Shown: positions 1 to 9,455 of the stretch, piece by piece
How positions within the stretch are numbered: position 1 is the first letter of the stretch
How the letters are laid out: each line of letters begins with the position of its first letter
Virus record (IMG/VR): IMGVR_UViG_3300032320_001009
Coordinates: 1-64,000 of that record
Source of the DNA: a virus
Taxonomy: Duplodnaviria > Caudoviricetes
Strand: one strand, 5' to 3'
DNA: 64,000 bases
Translations under genes and position numbers: made by a program
The notes under the pieces: model-generated
Databases searched by the model: none
Told to the model about the DNA's origin: nothing
Seen by the model: only the letters and a program-made list of their open reading frames with translations

Positions 1-312
1 ACAGCAGCAGCCCGCACAGCAGGTTCTGGTGTTACAACCATCACAGACTCATCACACGGATACGTTACTGGTAACAGAGTCACAATCTCTGGTGTTGACG
101 CAACTGTTAACGGTACATACACAGTTACACGTCTAACAGACAACACATACACAGTTACAACAACAGCAACAACCGTACTTGCCCTTACAGGCATTACAGG
201 TTCAAACGTTGCAGTTGCTGGAACAATCAAGTCTCAATCAATCGCAGCAGGTGCAGCAACAACTGCAGTTGGCGCAGCAGTAACAATTACTCCTTGGGCA
301 ACAGCCTCTTAA
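1..312 (+). CDS. 3' end of a truncated Thr/Ala/Val-rich beta-strand virion-type protein
   Basis: Frame 1 is open from base 1 to TAA 310-312 (TAAARTAGSGVTTITDSSHGYVTGNRVTISGVDATVNGTYTV...PWATAS). It has the HGxxxGxxVTISGxDxxxNG motif also seen in 40871..43081. Confidence 0.7.
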   Translation, partial: TAAARTAGSGVTTITDSSHGYVTGNRVTISGVDATVNGTYTVTRLTDNTYTVTTTATTVLALTGITGSNVAVAGTIKSQSIAAGAATTAVGAAVTITPWATAS

Positions 313-326
313 TTTAAGGAGAAAGT

Positions 327-1070
327 ATGGCAAGGGCAGCCAACTCTGGCAGCGGAGGACGACGTACAGCACGTGCTGTAGGTCCTTCAGCCGACGAGTT
401 AGCATCCTTGCTTGACCCAACTGCAGATTTTTATGGCATTGGGGAAAAAGAAGTACGCGGTATGTCACGGATGCTGGGAACAGTTCGTGGAAAGAGAATT
501 AATCCTTTCCAATCTCTCCCAGTATCCGCTGACTACTACGAAGCATTAGCCATCTATGAGGACGACGAGTCTTATGACCTAGATGATGAAGTAACAGCAG
601 GTACTTTTTATGAGCCAACTGTTTACGATAATTTTGCACGAAAGGCTCGTGATGATTACGACAGCCCTGCAGAACTTAGTATTATTCCAACTTCTACAAC
701 AAACTATCAACGTCCCCGCACAGTTGCTGCAGGTTACGATAAAGAACGCGAAGTTCTAACGGTCGTATTTAGAGACGGATTGTTCTACAACTATTACGAA
801 GTTAAACCTAGTGAGTGGACACAGTTTAAATCTGTGATTTCTAAGGGAAGATTTATCTTATCTAACCTTGATAGTAAGCCACGTGGTGCAGCAGATATGG
901 GCAACCTCCCATCGTATGCACGTGAGACCCTGTACCGTATTGTCCGTACCAATCAGATTTTCTTCAAGGGTCACCAGAGTTTAGTCCCTATGGAGAAAGC
1001 CCCTAAAAGCACTCGTAAACCTTCAACATCGGCAAACAAGCCAAAGAAATCGGCAAGTAGAAAGCGTTAA
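327..1070 (+). CDS. KTSC domain-containing protein
   Basis: SD AAGGAG upstream. The segment RTVAAGYDKEREVLTVVFRDGLFYNYYEVKPSEWTQFKSVISKGRFI matches the KTSC pattern. Basic C-terminal tail. Confidence 0.7.
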   Translation: MARAANSGSGGRRTARAVGPSADELASLLDPTADFYGIGEKEVRGMSRMLGTVRGKRINPFQSLPVSADYYEALAIYEDDESYDLDDEVTAGTFYEPTVYDNFARKARDDYDSPAELSIIPTSTTNYQRPRTVAAGYDKEREVLTVVFRDGLFYNYYEVKPSEWTQFKSVISKGRFILSNLDSKPRGAADMGNLPSYARETLYRIVRTNQIFFKGHQSLVPMEKAPKSTRKPSTSANKPKKSASRKR

Positions 1071-1072
1071 TA

Positions 1073-1360
1073 ATGCCCAAGGTCCACAACATCGGAAAAC
1101 AACACTTCGTTCAAGTTATTAAGCAGCCACTTGAATGGCATGACAAACGAACCGTAAAAGGTTGGACCCAAGAAATTGAAGCCCCTTATCGTTATGGCTC
1201 CCCCACCCTTATAAAACTATTTAAGACATATATTTTAGTTGTAGGCAAGTGGGAAGGTGCAAAAGATGAGATGGATGCACTAAACTCTGCCCTAGAAAGG
1301 CGGGATGTTACTTATGATGATTTTACGGAAGAAGCGGGATGGATACCAGCCCCAGACTAA
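1073..1360 (+). CDS. hypothetical protein
   Basis: 95-aa ORF packed directly after the KTSC gene. Confidence 0.6.
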   Translation: MPKVHNIGKQHFVQVIKQPLEWHDKRTVKGWTQEIEAPYRYGSPTLIKLFKTYILVVGKWEGAKDEMDALNSALERRDVTYDDFTEEAGWIPAPD

Positions 1361-1544
1361 AATTCAGAAACGCATTGCAAAATTACCGTCATCTGATTTA
1401 GTTGCTTGGGCAGAAAACTCTCTTTACGTTGTTGGTAAAGAACTAACTTCTTGGCAAAAAACAAAAGATAAATTTTTACTAAACGATGTAGAAATTGCTG
1501 CAGAAGTTTTAGGAGAAATTGCTAAAGAACTAAAACGACGTTGA
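1314..1544 (+). CDS. hypothetical protein (start uncertain, 1305/1314/1317)
   Basis: ORF overlaps the previous gene and fills the gap before the terminase promoter. Confidence 0.5.
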   Translation: MMILRKKRDGYQPQTKIQKRIAKLPSSDLVAWAENSLYVVGKELTSWQKTKDKFLLNDVEIAAEVLGEIAKELKRR

Positions 1545-1568
1545 ATTTGTTACAGTGTTTGCTATGAT
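1541..1568 (+). promoter_or_regulatory. sigma70/SigA-type promoter, TTGAAT-N16-TATGAT with extended -10 (TGn)
   Basis: TTGAAT 1541-1546, TG at 1560-1561, TATGAT 1563-1568, intergenic and upstream of terminase. Confidence 0.55.
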
Positions 1569-1601
1569 TACTTCTGTCTCCCTCTCTCAAGACGCGGGGT
1601 T

Positions 1602-1629
1602 GCCCACTGCAAAGTGGGCTTCTCTGTTT
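1602..1629 (+). terminator. GC-rich hairpin with GCAA tetraloop and pyrimidine tail (terminator/attenuator-like)
   Basis: GCCCACT-GCAA-AGTGGGC (1602-1619) followed by TTCTCTGTTT. Confidence 0.5.
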
Positions 1630-1639
1630 ATAGGAACAA

Positions 1640-3238
1640 ATGACAATTGATTATGATGATGACCAGTTTGAGGAAATCAATCCCGAACTGTATGCAAACG
1701 ACGATGATGAGCCAGAACTTCCACCTGAAGATGAAGAGTTAGACGAACTCTCCGCTCAGTTTGTCGAAAAGTTAGTAACTAAAATTTTAGACTTTCAAGA
1801 AGTATTAGTTGGCTATTCGTTACACCCATATCAATTACCTTTAGCACGTCGTGTTATTGAATCGGTAATTATTAATGATGGCGAAGAAATCACAGCACTT
1901 GCTGCACGTCAGTCAGGTAAATCTGAAACAGTTGCAAACACTGTTGCAACATTAATGATTCTTCTTCCTCGTCTTGCAAAGTTGTATCCAGATTTACTAG
2001 GGAAGTTTAAAGACGGATTATGGGTTGGCTTATTTGCTCCAACAGAAAGCCAGGCAGAAACATTATTCGGACGTACTGTTACACGACTTACATCAGAGCG
2101 TGCATTAGAAATTCTTGGTGACCCTGAAATTGATGACTCTGCTGCACGTATTGGTGGGGTTACTCGAATGATTAAGTTAAAGAAGTCTGGTTCAACAATC
2201 ACTATGATGACCGCAAATCCTCGTGCAAAGATTGAATCAAAGTCTTTCCACCTCATTGTTATTGACGAGTGCCAAGAAGCAGATGACTTCGTAGTATCCA
2301 AGTCAATCTCCCCGATGCTTGCTTACTATGCAGGAACCATGGTTAAGACAGGAACCCCTACAACAAGTAAAAACAACTTCTATCGTGCTATTCAGTTAAA
2401 CAAGCGTCGACAAACAACTCGTGGTTCTCGTCAAAATCACTTTCAGTGGGACTGGAAAGAAGTTGCCAAGGTCAACGCTAATTATCAAAAGTTTATGAAG
2501 AAAGAGATGCTACGTATTGGTGAGGACTCTGATGAGTTCCAGATGTCGTACAACTGTAAGTGGCTCCTTGAAAGAGGAATGTTCGTTACATCAGGTGTAA
2601 TGGACGAACTTGGAGATACCTCTCAAGAGTTAGTCAAGGTTTGGCACAAGACCCCTGTTGTAGTTGGTATCGACCCTGCACGTAAAATGGACTCGACGGT
2701 TGTTACCGTTGTGTGGGTTGACTGGGATAGACCAGATGAGTTTGGCTACTTTGAACACAGAGTTTTAAACTGGATGGAACTACAAGGCGACGACTGGGAA
2801 GAGCAGTACTTCCAGATTGTTAACTTTTTATCCAACTACGACGTACTTGCCATCGGTGTAGATGCTAACGGTGTCGGTGATGCTGTAGCACAGCGTTTAA
2901 AGGTATTGATGCCTCGTGCAGAGGTTGCCCCAGTAACTTCTAGCCCAACAGAACAATCCCAGAGATTTAAGCATCTACAAGCATTAATTCAACGAAAGAT
3001 GCTTGGATTTCCCGCACATGCAAAAACACGTCGCCTTAGAACTTGGAAGCGGTTTTATCAGCAAATGGTGGATGCAGAAATCCAATACAAAGGTCCGAAC
3101 TTCTTAGTTTCTGCCCCTGATGAGTCCTATGCCCACGACGACTACGTGGACTCCTTGGCTATTGCCTGTTCCCTCACCAAGGACCTAGTTATGCCCGAAG
3201 TTCTCCTGTCAGCCAACCCATTTTTTAGCAGTAATTAG
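1640..3238 (+). CDS. terL: terminase large subunit
   Basis: Walker A AARQSGKS, Walker B LIVIDE, coupling motif GT, RNase H-like nuclease motifs VGIDPA and HDDYVDS. Confidence 0.93.
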   Translation: MTIDYDDDQFEEINPELYANDDDEPELPPEDEELDELSAQFVEKLVTKILDFQEVLVGYSLHPYQLPLARRVIESVIINDGEEITALAARQSGKSETVANTVATLMILLPRLAKLYPDLLGKFKDGLWVGLFAPTESQAETLFGRTVTRLTSERALEILGDPEIDDSAARIGGVTRMIKLKKSGSTITMMTANPRAKIESKSFHLIVIDECQEADDFVVSKSISPMLAYYAGTMVKTGTPTTSKNNFYRAIQLNKRRQTTRGSRQNHFQWDWKEVAKVNANYQKFMKKEMLRIGEDSDEFQMSYNCKWLLERGMFVTSGVMDELGDTSQELVKVWHKTPVVVGIDPARKMDSTVVTVVWVDWDRPDEFGYFEHRVLNWMELQGDDWEEQYFQIVNFLSNYDVLAIGVDANGVGDAVAQRLKVLMPRAEVAPVTSSPTEQSQRFKHLQALIQRKMLGFPAHAKTRRLRTWKRFYQQMVDAEIQYKGPNFLVSAPDESYAHDDYVDSLAIACSLTKDLVMPEVLLSANPFFSSN

Positions 3239-3329
3239 ATTTGAGTTTGACATTACTAAACCCCATATATCAGCCACACTTTTCTACGGAATAGGCCATT
3301 CCGATTTATTAACCTTATAAGGAGTCAAA

Positions 3330-3725
3330 ATGACACTAGCACCAAACCCACAGTTCCCTGAAAAGGGTGCTCACACCTACGAAATGAAGGAATCAGGAAA
3401 CGCGACACGTCGTGGTCCACTTCGTTTTGAAGAAGGTATTGCAACAGATACAGATGTTCCAAATGATTTTCAGACAGGCATCATGAGCGGTTACGCTGCT
3501 GCTGCAGGTCGCCCAAACCGTAACGCACCAGTTCACACAAAGACTGCTGCAGAAACAATGCAAGCACGTGCCCACGTAGGTTCTGCTGCATGGACAGAAG
3601 CACCAACATTCCTTGCTGAGTTCTCACATGGTTCATTCACTGACTATGCAGAGCAGAATGTTGAAGTTGTGGCTCGTTCTGGAGGACGCACACAACGCGT
3701 TGCTCCAACAGTAGTAACAGACTAA
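3330..3725 (+). CDS. hypothetical protein, probably virion-associated
   Basis: Strong SD TAAGGAG, highly expressed-type codon usage, located between terL and portal. Confidence 0.7.
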   Translation: MTLAPNPQFPEKGAHTYEMKESGNATRRGPLRFEEGIATDTDVPNDFQTGIMSGYAAAAGRPNRNAPVHTKTAAETMQARAHVGSAAWTEAPTFLAEFSHGSFTDYAEQNVEVVARSGGRTQRVAPTVVTD

Positions 3726-3741
3726 TTAAGTAATCTTTAGT

Positions 3742-3768
3742 CCCCCTAGGAAACCCCTAGGGGGTTTA
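3742..3768 (+). terminator. intrinsic terminator-like hairpin
   Basis: CCCCCTAGG-AAACC-CCTAGGGGG (3742-3764) followed by TTT. Confidence 0.6.
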
Positions 3769-3786
3769 AAGTCGTAGAGGATTAGA

Positions 3787-4038
3787 GTGGCTGAGAAACC
3801 GATAAACCAAAAGTTGTGGGCAATGATTATTGCTCAAGCGAAGGCGAAGTATGCTCGCTACCCAAATCCTGCTGCAAGTAGTTGGGTTCATAAGAAGTAC
3901 GTCGAATCAGGTGGCAAATTTGTCGACACAAGTGACCCTGTATATCAAAGACAAATTCTTCAAAAAAAGCAGTTTGAGAAGAAGCAAACAGACAAATCAC
4001 CAGTAAGATTGCCTAAAAAGAAAAAGGGCGATAAATGA
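3787..4038 (+). CDS. small basic hypothetical protein
   Basis: GTG start with AGAGGA SD. Lys-rich, motif AKAKYARYPNPAASSWVHKKYVESGGKF. Confidence 0.65.
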   Translation: MAEKPINQKLWAMIIAQAKAKYARYPNPAASSWVHKKYVESGGKFVDTSDPVYQRQILQKKQFEKKQTDKSPVRLPKKKKGDK

Positions 4039-5774
4039 GTTTTGTAGATTTTTCACCACCGAGTTATAGGGCTGCGTCCTCTGACTTAACCATCTCCATT
4101 TCTCCTTTAGGTTTAGTTGAACTGGCTGATGAAGAGTTTGAAGTTCATGGTCCCCGATTAAATCGCTACTCACTTAACTGGGCAATGTACCTTGGTCATC
4201 ATTACGGTTATCGTCGTGAACAAGGCGAAATGCAGATTGCTGTTAATTACTACAGAGCATTCAATGATTATCTAGCACGTTTTACATTTGGTAAAGGAAT
4301 TTACTTCCGTTCTCCTAAAGCAACAGAAGCCATCATCCCAGACCGCCTACAAAGAGTTTGGGAAGTCGATAATGACAAGATGCAAGTTCTTTTTGAAATG
4401 GCACAAAGCGGTGGAATTTCTGGAGATTGTTTTGTAAAGGTTGCTTACGAAGAACCTTGGAGTGATTCAACAAATCGTGTACACCCAGGTCGTGTACGTA
4501 TTCTTCCTATGAACTCTGCTTTTTGTTTTCCAGAATTCCACCCACATGACCGCACACGTCTTTTACGTTTTAAACAGAAGTATCGTTTCTGGGGAACTTC
4601 TTTAGAAGGTACACGTCAAGTATTTACATACACCGAAATTCTTACAGACGACATCATTGAAGAGTACATCAATGACGAATTAATTGACTCTCGCCCTAAT
4701 CCTCTAGGTGAGATTCCTGTTGTACACATCCCTAACGTTCCAGTTGCGGGTTCTCCATGGGGACTATCTGATTGTCACGACATCATCAGCATTAACCGCG
4801 CCTATAACGAAATATCAACAGATGTTGCAGACATCATTAACTATCACGCTGCTCCTGTTACGGTTATCGTTGGAGCAAAGGCTTCTAACCTTGAAAAGGG
4901 TCCAAAGAAAGTCTGGGGCGGTTTACCTAAAGATTCACAGGTATTTAATCTTGAAGGTGGAGCATCAGGAATTGATGGTGCTTTAAAGTACCTAGAACTT
5001 CTTAAGCGTTCTATGCACGAGATGATGAACATTCCAGAGTCTGCTCTTGGACAAGTTCAACCTATTTCTAACACATCAGGTGTTGCACTTTCTATTCAGT
5101 ACCAGCCATTGATGAACCGTTGGTCACAAAAAGTGGCACAGTACGGAATTGGTCTTGAACGTATTAACCAACTGGTTATTTTGCATTTGGCTCTTAAAGA
5201 ACCAGATACCCTTAAGTACAATCCAGAAGAAGACGGCCCAATTAAAGAAGGTCAGTTAACACAACTTGACCCTAACGACCCTTTGACTTATCAGAGTTAT
5301 GTACAGTTCCCACCTCCACTCCCACTAGACAAGTTAATTGTTCTTAATGAAATCCAAACCAAAATTGGTATGGGACTTGAGTCTAAAGAAGGAGCACTTC
5401 GTCATCTTGGTGAAGAGTTCCCAGAGGAGAAGTTGGCAGAGATTCGCTCAGAACTGCGTGATGACGCAATTTCTGATGGAGCACTACAACTTATTAAGGT
5501 TCAGATTCAAAAAGAAATCCAGGATATGACTGGCATGATGCCAGGTCCTGATGGAAACTCCGCTATTCCGCTCCAACCAACACAGTTGGCTGATGGGGAC
5601 ATTATGGGTGACAAGGTAGAGGGTGCTCCAACACCTGACAATCTTGCCGACCCTGCAGTTCAGGAAGAGGCAATGATTGAAGCCCAGACTGAAAGTGCTT
5701 TGAGAGAGAAACTGGTCACCGAAGCATACGGAACGAAAATTCCGCAGCGAAGGGCAGTTGACAGAGACACCTAA
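4035..5774 (+). CDS. portal protein (SPP1 gp6-like)
   Basis: 579 aa between terL and scaffold/MCP. Segments such as VNYYRAFNDYLARFTFGKG, IPVVHIPN, GLSDCHDIISINRAYN and SGVALSIQYQPL are typical of phage portals. Confidence 0.85.
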   Translation: MSFVDFSPPSYRAASSDLTISISPLGLVELADEEFEVHGPRLNRYSLNWAMYLGHHYGYRREQGEMQIAVNYYRAFNDYLARFTFGKGIYFRSPKATEAIIPDRLQRVWEVDNDKMQVLFEMAQSGGISGDCFVKVAYEEPWSDSTNRVHPGRVRILPMNSAFCFPEFHPHDRTRLLRFKQKYRFWGTSLEGTRQVFTYTEILTDDIIEEYINDELIDSRPNPLGEIPVVHIPNVPVAGSPWGLSDCHDIISINRAYNEISTDVADIINYHAAPVTVIVGAKASNLEKGPKKVWGGLPKDSQVFNLEGGASGIDGALKYLELLKRSMHEMMNIPESALGQVQPISNTSGVALSIQYQPLMNRWSQKVAQYGIGLERINQLVILHLALKEPDTLKYNPEEDGPIKEGQLTQLDPNDPLTYQSYVQFPPPLPLDKLIVLNEIQTKIGMGLESKEGALRHLGEEFPEEKLAEIRSELRDDAISDGALQLIKVQIQKEIQDMTGMMPGPDGNSAIPLQPTQLADGDIMGDKVEGAPTPDNLADPAVQEEAMIEAQTESALREKLVTEAYGTKIPQRRAVDRDT

Positions 5775-5776
5775 AG

Positions 5777-5798
5777 AATCAAATGAAATCATTTGATT
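5777..5798. promoter_or_regulatory. perfect 10-bp inverted repeat (operator-like) upstream of scaffold/capsid genes
   Basis: AATCAAATGA-AA-TCATTTGATT. The 2-nt spacer suits a DNA palindrome better than an RNA hairpin. Confidence 0.4.
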
Positions 5799-5902
5799 TA
5801 ACCTGACAAGTATCTACTAATAGATGAGAATTGCCAGGTAATAACGCGGGCTACGTGGGAAACCACATTCGGACAACTAAAAAGAAAAGAGATGTGATTT
5901 CT

Positions 5903-6658
5903 ATGGATAACCAAGAAGTAAATGCTGAAACAGTAGTTGTAGCAGAAACTGCAACTCCCATCGTGGAAAGCGAGACTCCAGAGGTACAAATGGCTAACTC
6001 ACCTTTTACGCAGGACGACATTGTTCGTGCTCGTGAGCAAGAGAAGGCTAAGTTGTATCCACAAATGGAGAAACTTAAAGAAGAACTCGCAACCTTGAAG
6101 AAGGAGCGCGATGAGCGTGCAGCCGAAGAAGAACGTATGCGTCTTGCTCAGGCTGCTGAACAGCAAAAGAAGTTAGAAGATGACATGGACATTCGTGACC
6201 TTCTGTCAAAGAAGGAAGCAGAATTCCAGGCTCGACTAGAAGAAGAACGTCTTGAAAGAGAACGTGCCTTCGCACTCCTAGAGCAGGAACGCACGTTCCA
6301 AGAAGTAATGCAATACCGCCAACAACGTCTTGAACAGGAACGCGAAAGCATTATTCCTGAACTCATTGATTTGGTTGAAGGCAACAACAGCGATGAAATC
6401 GAGCAGAGCATCGCAAGTTTGAAAGATAAATCTGCTCGTATTCTCGACTCTGCAGCACAAGCAATGTCTAGTGCACGCAGAGAAATGGCTGGTGCACGTA
6501 TTACCGCACCAGCGTCAGGACCTCTCGATAACGACTCGGAACAACGTTCGTACTCACCTGATTCAATCAGGGACATGCCATTGGCGGAATATGCGAAACA
6601 AAGAGCCAAGTTACTTGGTGAAGCATCAAACAATCGCGGTCGGGGACTGTTCGGGTAA
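5903..6658 (+). CDS. capsid scaffolding protein
   Basis: Acidic, long coiled-coil (E/R/K/Q heptads) directly upstream of the MCP. ATG 5903 preferred over the ORF-track start at 5831. Confidence 0.8.
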   Translation: MDNQEVNAETVVVAETATPIVESETPEVQMANSPFTQDDIVRAREQEKAKLYPQMEKLKEELATLKKERDERAAEEERMRLAQAAEQQKKLEDDMDIRDLLSKKEAEFQARLEEERLERERAFALLEQERTFQEVMQYRQQRLEQERESIIPELIDLVEGNNSDEIEQSIASLKDKSARILDSAAQAMSSARREMAGARITAPASGPLDNDSEQRSYSPDSIRDMPLAEYAKQRAKLLGEASNNRGRGLFG

Positions 6659-6701
6659 AGCCCAAACAACTAACCATCTAACAGGAAAGGACTGATTCCA
6701 A

Positions 6702-7811
6702 ATGGCATCAGCAATCACTGGCACAAGTCAATTAGCAGGAGCACCTACCGCTTATTCAGGTAGCAACACCTCTCTTTCACAGGCCATTCAGACCATCTGG
6801 TCAAAAGAAATCCTGTTCCAAGCGATGCCAATTCTTCGCTTTGAGCAGTTCGCAGTAAAGAAGACGGAACTAGGTGTAGCACCTGGTCTTCGTGTTAACT
6901 TCCTCCGCTACAAGAACTTTGGCGTAGACCCAACACCACTTACAGAAGGTGTACGTCTAACAACCAACGCTCTAACAGCAGAGCAGATTGCAATTACAGT
7001 TGCAGAACACGGCTACGGCGTAGCAGTTTCTGAACTACTACTTAACGCATCATTCGATGACGTTATGGCCTCAGCATCTCGTCTACTAGGTCGCCACATG
7101 GCACAGTACCTAGACATCCAGGCACGTAACACACTTTCTGCAGCAACATCTGCAGTATTTGGTTACGACCGTTCTTCACTTTCAGGTGTTAACGACTGGT
7201 ACAACGAAGGTTCAAAGGCATCAAACCTTGCTGGCGTAACAGCAAACCACAAGTTGTCAACAGGTGCAGTTAAAGATGCTGCTCTAACACTTGCTGGTAA
7301 GAACATCCCTCGCCTTGGTGAGACTTATGTTCAGTTCATCCATCCTAAGCAGTCACGTGACATTCGTTCAAACCCAGAGTTTATCGAAGTTACAAAGTAC
7401 GCTGCTCCAGGAAACTTCATGCTTGGTGAAATCGGTCGTCTATACGACGTAGTATTCATCGAGACAACACAGGTCAAGAAGATTGCATCAGGAACCGCTG
7501 TAGATTACAGCGCAAATATCGGTGCAGTTTCAGACCAGGGTTCTGTCCCAGTAAAGGCAAACACAGGTCCAGGAACTGGTGGAAATCCAGAAAACCCAGG
7601 ACAGACTGCTCCAACAGGCACAACTCAGGCTGATGTCTACGAATCAATCATGATTGGTGACAACGCATTCGGTCACGCAATTTCCCTACCAGTTGAACTT
7701 CGCGATGGTGGCGTTCTTGACTTCGGTCGTGAGCACGCTCTTGCATGGTATGCAATTTGGGGACTTGGCGTTATCACAGACCAAGCAATTACAAAGGTCT
7801 ACACCGCTTAA
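6702..7811 (+). CDS. major capsid protein (HK97 fold, N4-gp56-like family)
   Basis: 369 aa after scaffold with SD GGAAAGGA and strongly biased codons. Motifs ILRFEQFAVKKTELG, PLTEGV, ITVAEHG, YVQFIHP, DFGREHALAWY. Confidence 0.9.
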   Translation: MASAITGTSQLAGAPTAYSGSNTSLSQAIQTIWSKEILFQAMPILRFEQFAVKKTELGVAPGLRVNFLRYKNFGVDPTPLTEGVRLTTNALTAEQIAITVAEHGYGVAVSELLLNASFDDVMASASRLLGRHMAQYLDIQARNTLSAATSAVFGYDRSSLSGVNDWYNEGSKASNLAGVTANHKLSTGAVKDAALTLAGKNIPRLGETYVQFIHPKQSRDIRSNPEFIEVTKYAAPGNFMLGEIGRLYDVVFIETTQVKKIASGTAVDYSANIGAVSDQGSVPVKANTGPGTGGNPENPGQTAPTGTTQADVYESIMIGDNAFGHAISLPVELRDGGVLDFGREHALAWYAIWGLGVITDQAITKVYTA

Positions 7812-7822
7812 GTTAAGCATCG

Positions 7823-7861
7823 GTTGGAGAGCCCCATACTCCTTCTTTGGGGCTCTCCAAC
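7823..7861 (+). promoter_or_regulatory. 14-bp perfect hairpin with pyrimidine (anti-SD-like) loop after the MCP
   Basis: GTTGGAGAGCCCCA / TGGGGCTCTCCAAC, loop TACTCCTTCTT. Confidence 0.6.
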
Positions 7862-7895
7862 TACAAAAATAAAAACGTATAGGAGAATAAACATC

Positions 7896-8267
7896 GTGGC
7901 AAATAAAGCAACCAGTCCGCTAGATGCAACAGGCAGAGCAGCGGAAGCAGCACAGAAAGCAAATGCGGACGCACTCCGTAAGCGAGCAGATGAAATATCT
8001 GTTGCAGCAGAAATAGAGCGAGAGAGTCTGGAACGGGACGTATTCGACCCACAGAAACCAGACGCACCGATTGTTCTAGACGAAATTCAAGAAGTTGGCG
8101 TATCACTTGCAAATGACAAGGTAATCATCCGTACCATTACAGACATCGATGAGATGACTTATGGTGTTGGAAATACCTACTCATTTAAGGCTGGAGTTAA
8201 GTACTCAGTCCCTCGTGACCTTGCAAACTATCTCGAAGGTCTAGGTTACATCTGGCGACCTAACTAA
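7896..8267 (+). CDS. hypothetical head-associated protein
   Basis: GTG 7896 with SD AGGAG at 7881-7885, in frame with ORF-track 7824..8267. Confidence 0.7.
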   Translation: MANKATSPLDATGRAAEAAQKANADALRKRADEISVAAEIERESLERDVFDPQKPDAPIVLDEIQEVGVSLANDKVIIRTITDIDEMTYGVGNTYSFKAGVKYSVPRDLANYLEGLGYIWRPN

Positions 8268-8281
8268 GTCGTCAACTAATC

Positions 8282-8333
8282 GTACGCCTCACTCTAGTTT
8301 CCGCCCTCCTCCTAGAGTGAGGCGTACCTTTTT
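8282..8333 (+). terminator. 16-bp perfect hairpin plus T-tract (intrinsic terminator) with anti-SD-like loop
   Basis: GTACGCCTCACTCTAG / CTAGAGTGAGGCGTAC, loop TTTCCGCCCTCCTC, followed by CTTTTT. Confidence 0.7.
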
Positions 8334-8396
8334 GTACTGACTAAATCAAAATAGTTAGAGATTATAACCAGTGAGAAACCCAGTGATGGAGGATGA

Positions 8397-9455
8397 ATGG
8401 CAACCGTACAAAGTCTTGTAGACCTAGTGCGGTCGGAATTAGGTGACACACCTAAATCGTTCGTCATGCAATTTATGGCAGACGGAACGACCAATCGCTT
8501 TACTCTTCATTATTCTCCCCTTGATGCCTCAGAACTGTTTGTAAGTTTTGATGGTGTTGACGTATCTGATGAGTGCTCTGTCGAAGAGAGCACAGGTGTT
8601 TTAGTCACCGATATTGTCCCTGTTGAAGGCGTAGAGATTCTTGTCTCAGGCAACTATTTCCGCTATTTCACAACAGCAGAAGTTCAAAGATTTGCAGAGA
8701 CTGCACTATTGCAGCACTCTAATAACCGCACAGATTCTCTAGGTAGAATCCAAAATGTCAGTAACCTTCCAGCGGTTGAGGTTTACCCAGTAGCACTACT
8801 CGCATCTACTCTTGCGTTGTACACACTTGCTACTGATGCTTCTTTTGACATCAACGTATTTGCTCCAGACGGTGTGACCATTCCACGTTCAGAGCGTTAT
8901 CGCCAACTTATGGACATGCTCAACGTACGTAAAGAGCAGTACCGTGAACTCTGCGTTCTTCTTGGTATTGGTATGTACCGCATTGAGGTCTTCTCCTTCC
9001 GCAGAATTTCCAAAGCAACAAATCACTACGTACCTCTATACCGACCACAGGAGATTGATGACTACTCATACCCAGAGCGAATCGAACTTACACGACCAAC
9101 ATACGGAGACCAACCATCAGAGCACCCTTATGACTCTGTGGAACTCACCGCTTACCAGGATGTGGCTTTCACATACTCCTTACCGTACACGGGTGACCTC
9201 ACTACTAAGGGCGTTGTTGCGAACATAAGGTGGAAGGCTGGGGTACTTCAAAGCCACATGCCATTTACGGTGACAGTTCAGACTTCGCCAACAAACAATC
9301 AGAGTCATACTATTACCTTGAGTTTAACGCAGGATGAAACAAAGAGACTTGCACAGCGTATGTACTGGGATGTTAATTTTGTGTACGACTCAGATGGACA
9401 TATTGAAACATACAAGGCTGGCAAATTATTTACTGTTCGTGAGGTGACAACATAA
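8397..9455 (+). CDS. putative head-to-tail adaptor/head completion protein with extra beta domains
   Basis: Position after MCP. N-terminal helix [11 protein letters not shown], helical middle, C-terminal Ig/BppU-like beta domain (inference). Confidence 0.55.
   Translation: MATVQSLVDLVRSELGDTPKSFVMQFMADGTTNRFTLHYSPLDASELFVSFDGVDVSDECSVEESTGVLVTDIVPVEGVEILVSGNYFRYFTTAEVQRFAETALLQHSNNRTDSLGRIQNVSNLPAVEVYPVALLASTLALYTLATDASFDINVFAPDGVTIPRSERYRQLMDMLNVRKEQYRELCVLLGIGMYRIEVFSFRRISKATNHYVPLYRPQEIDDYSYPERIELTRPTYGDQPSEHPYDSVELTAYQDVAFTYSLPYTGDLTTKGVVANIRWKAGVLQSHMPFTVTVQTSPTNNQSHTITLSLTQDETKRLAQRMYWDVNFVYDSDGHIETYKAGKLFTVREVTT

Noticed and set aside
238-468. Minus-strand Cys-rich ORF (…CCANCSCCCTCCD)
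   Set aside because: Shadow of GCA/ACA-rich (Ala/Thr) codons on the + strand; no RBS.
5831-5902. Extended N-terminus of scaffold as given in the ORF track
   Set aside because: The extension reads as non-protein-like and overlaps leader hairpins; ATG 5903 after a purine-rich stretch is more plausible.
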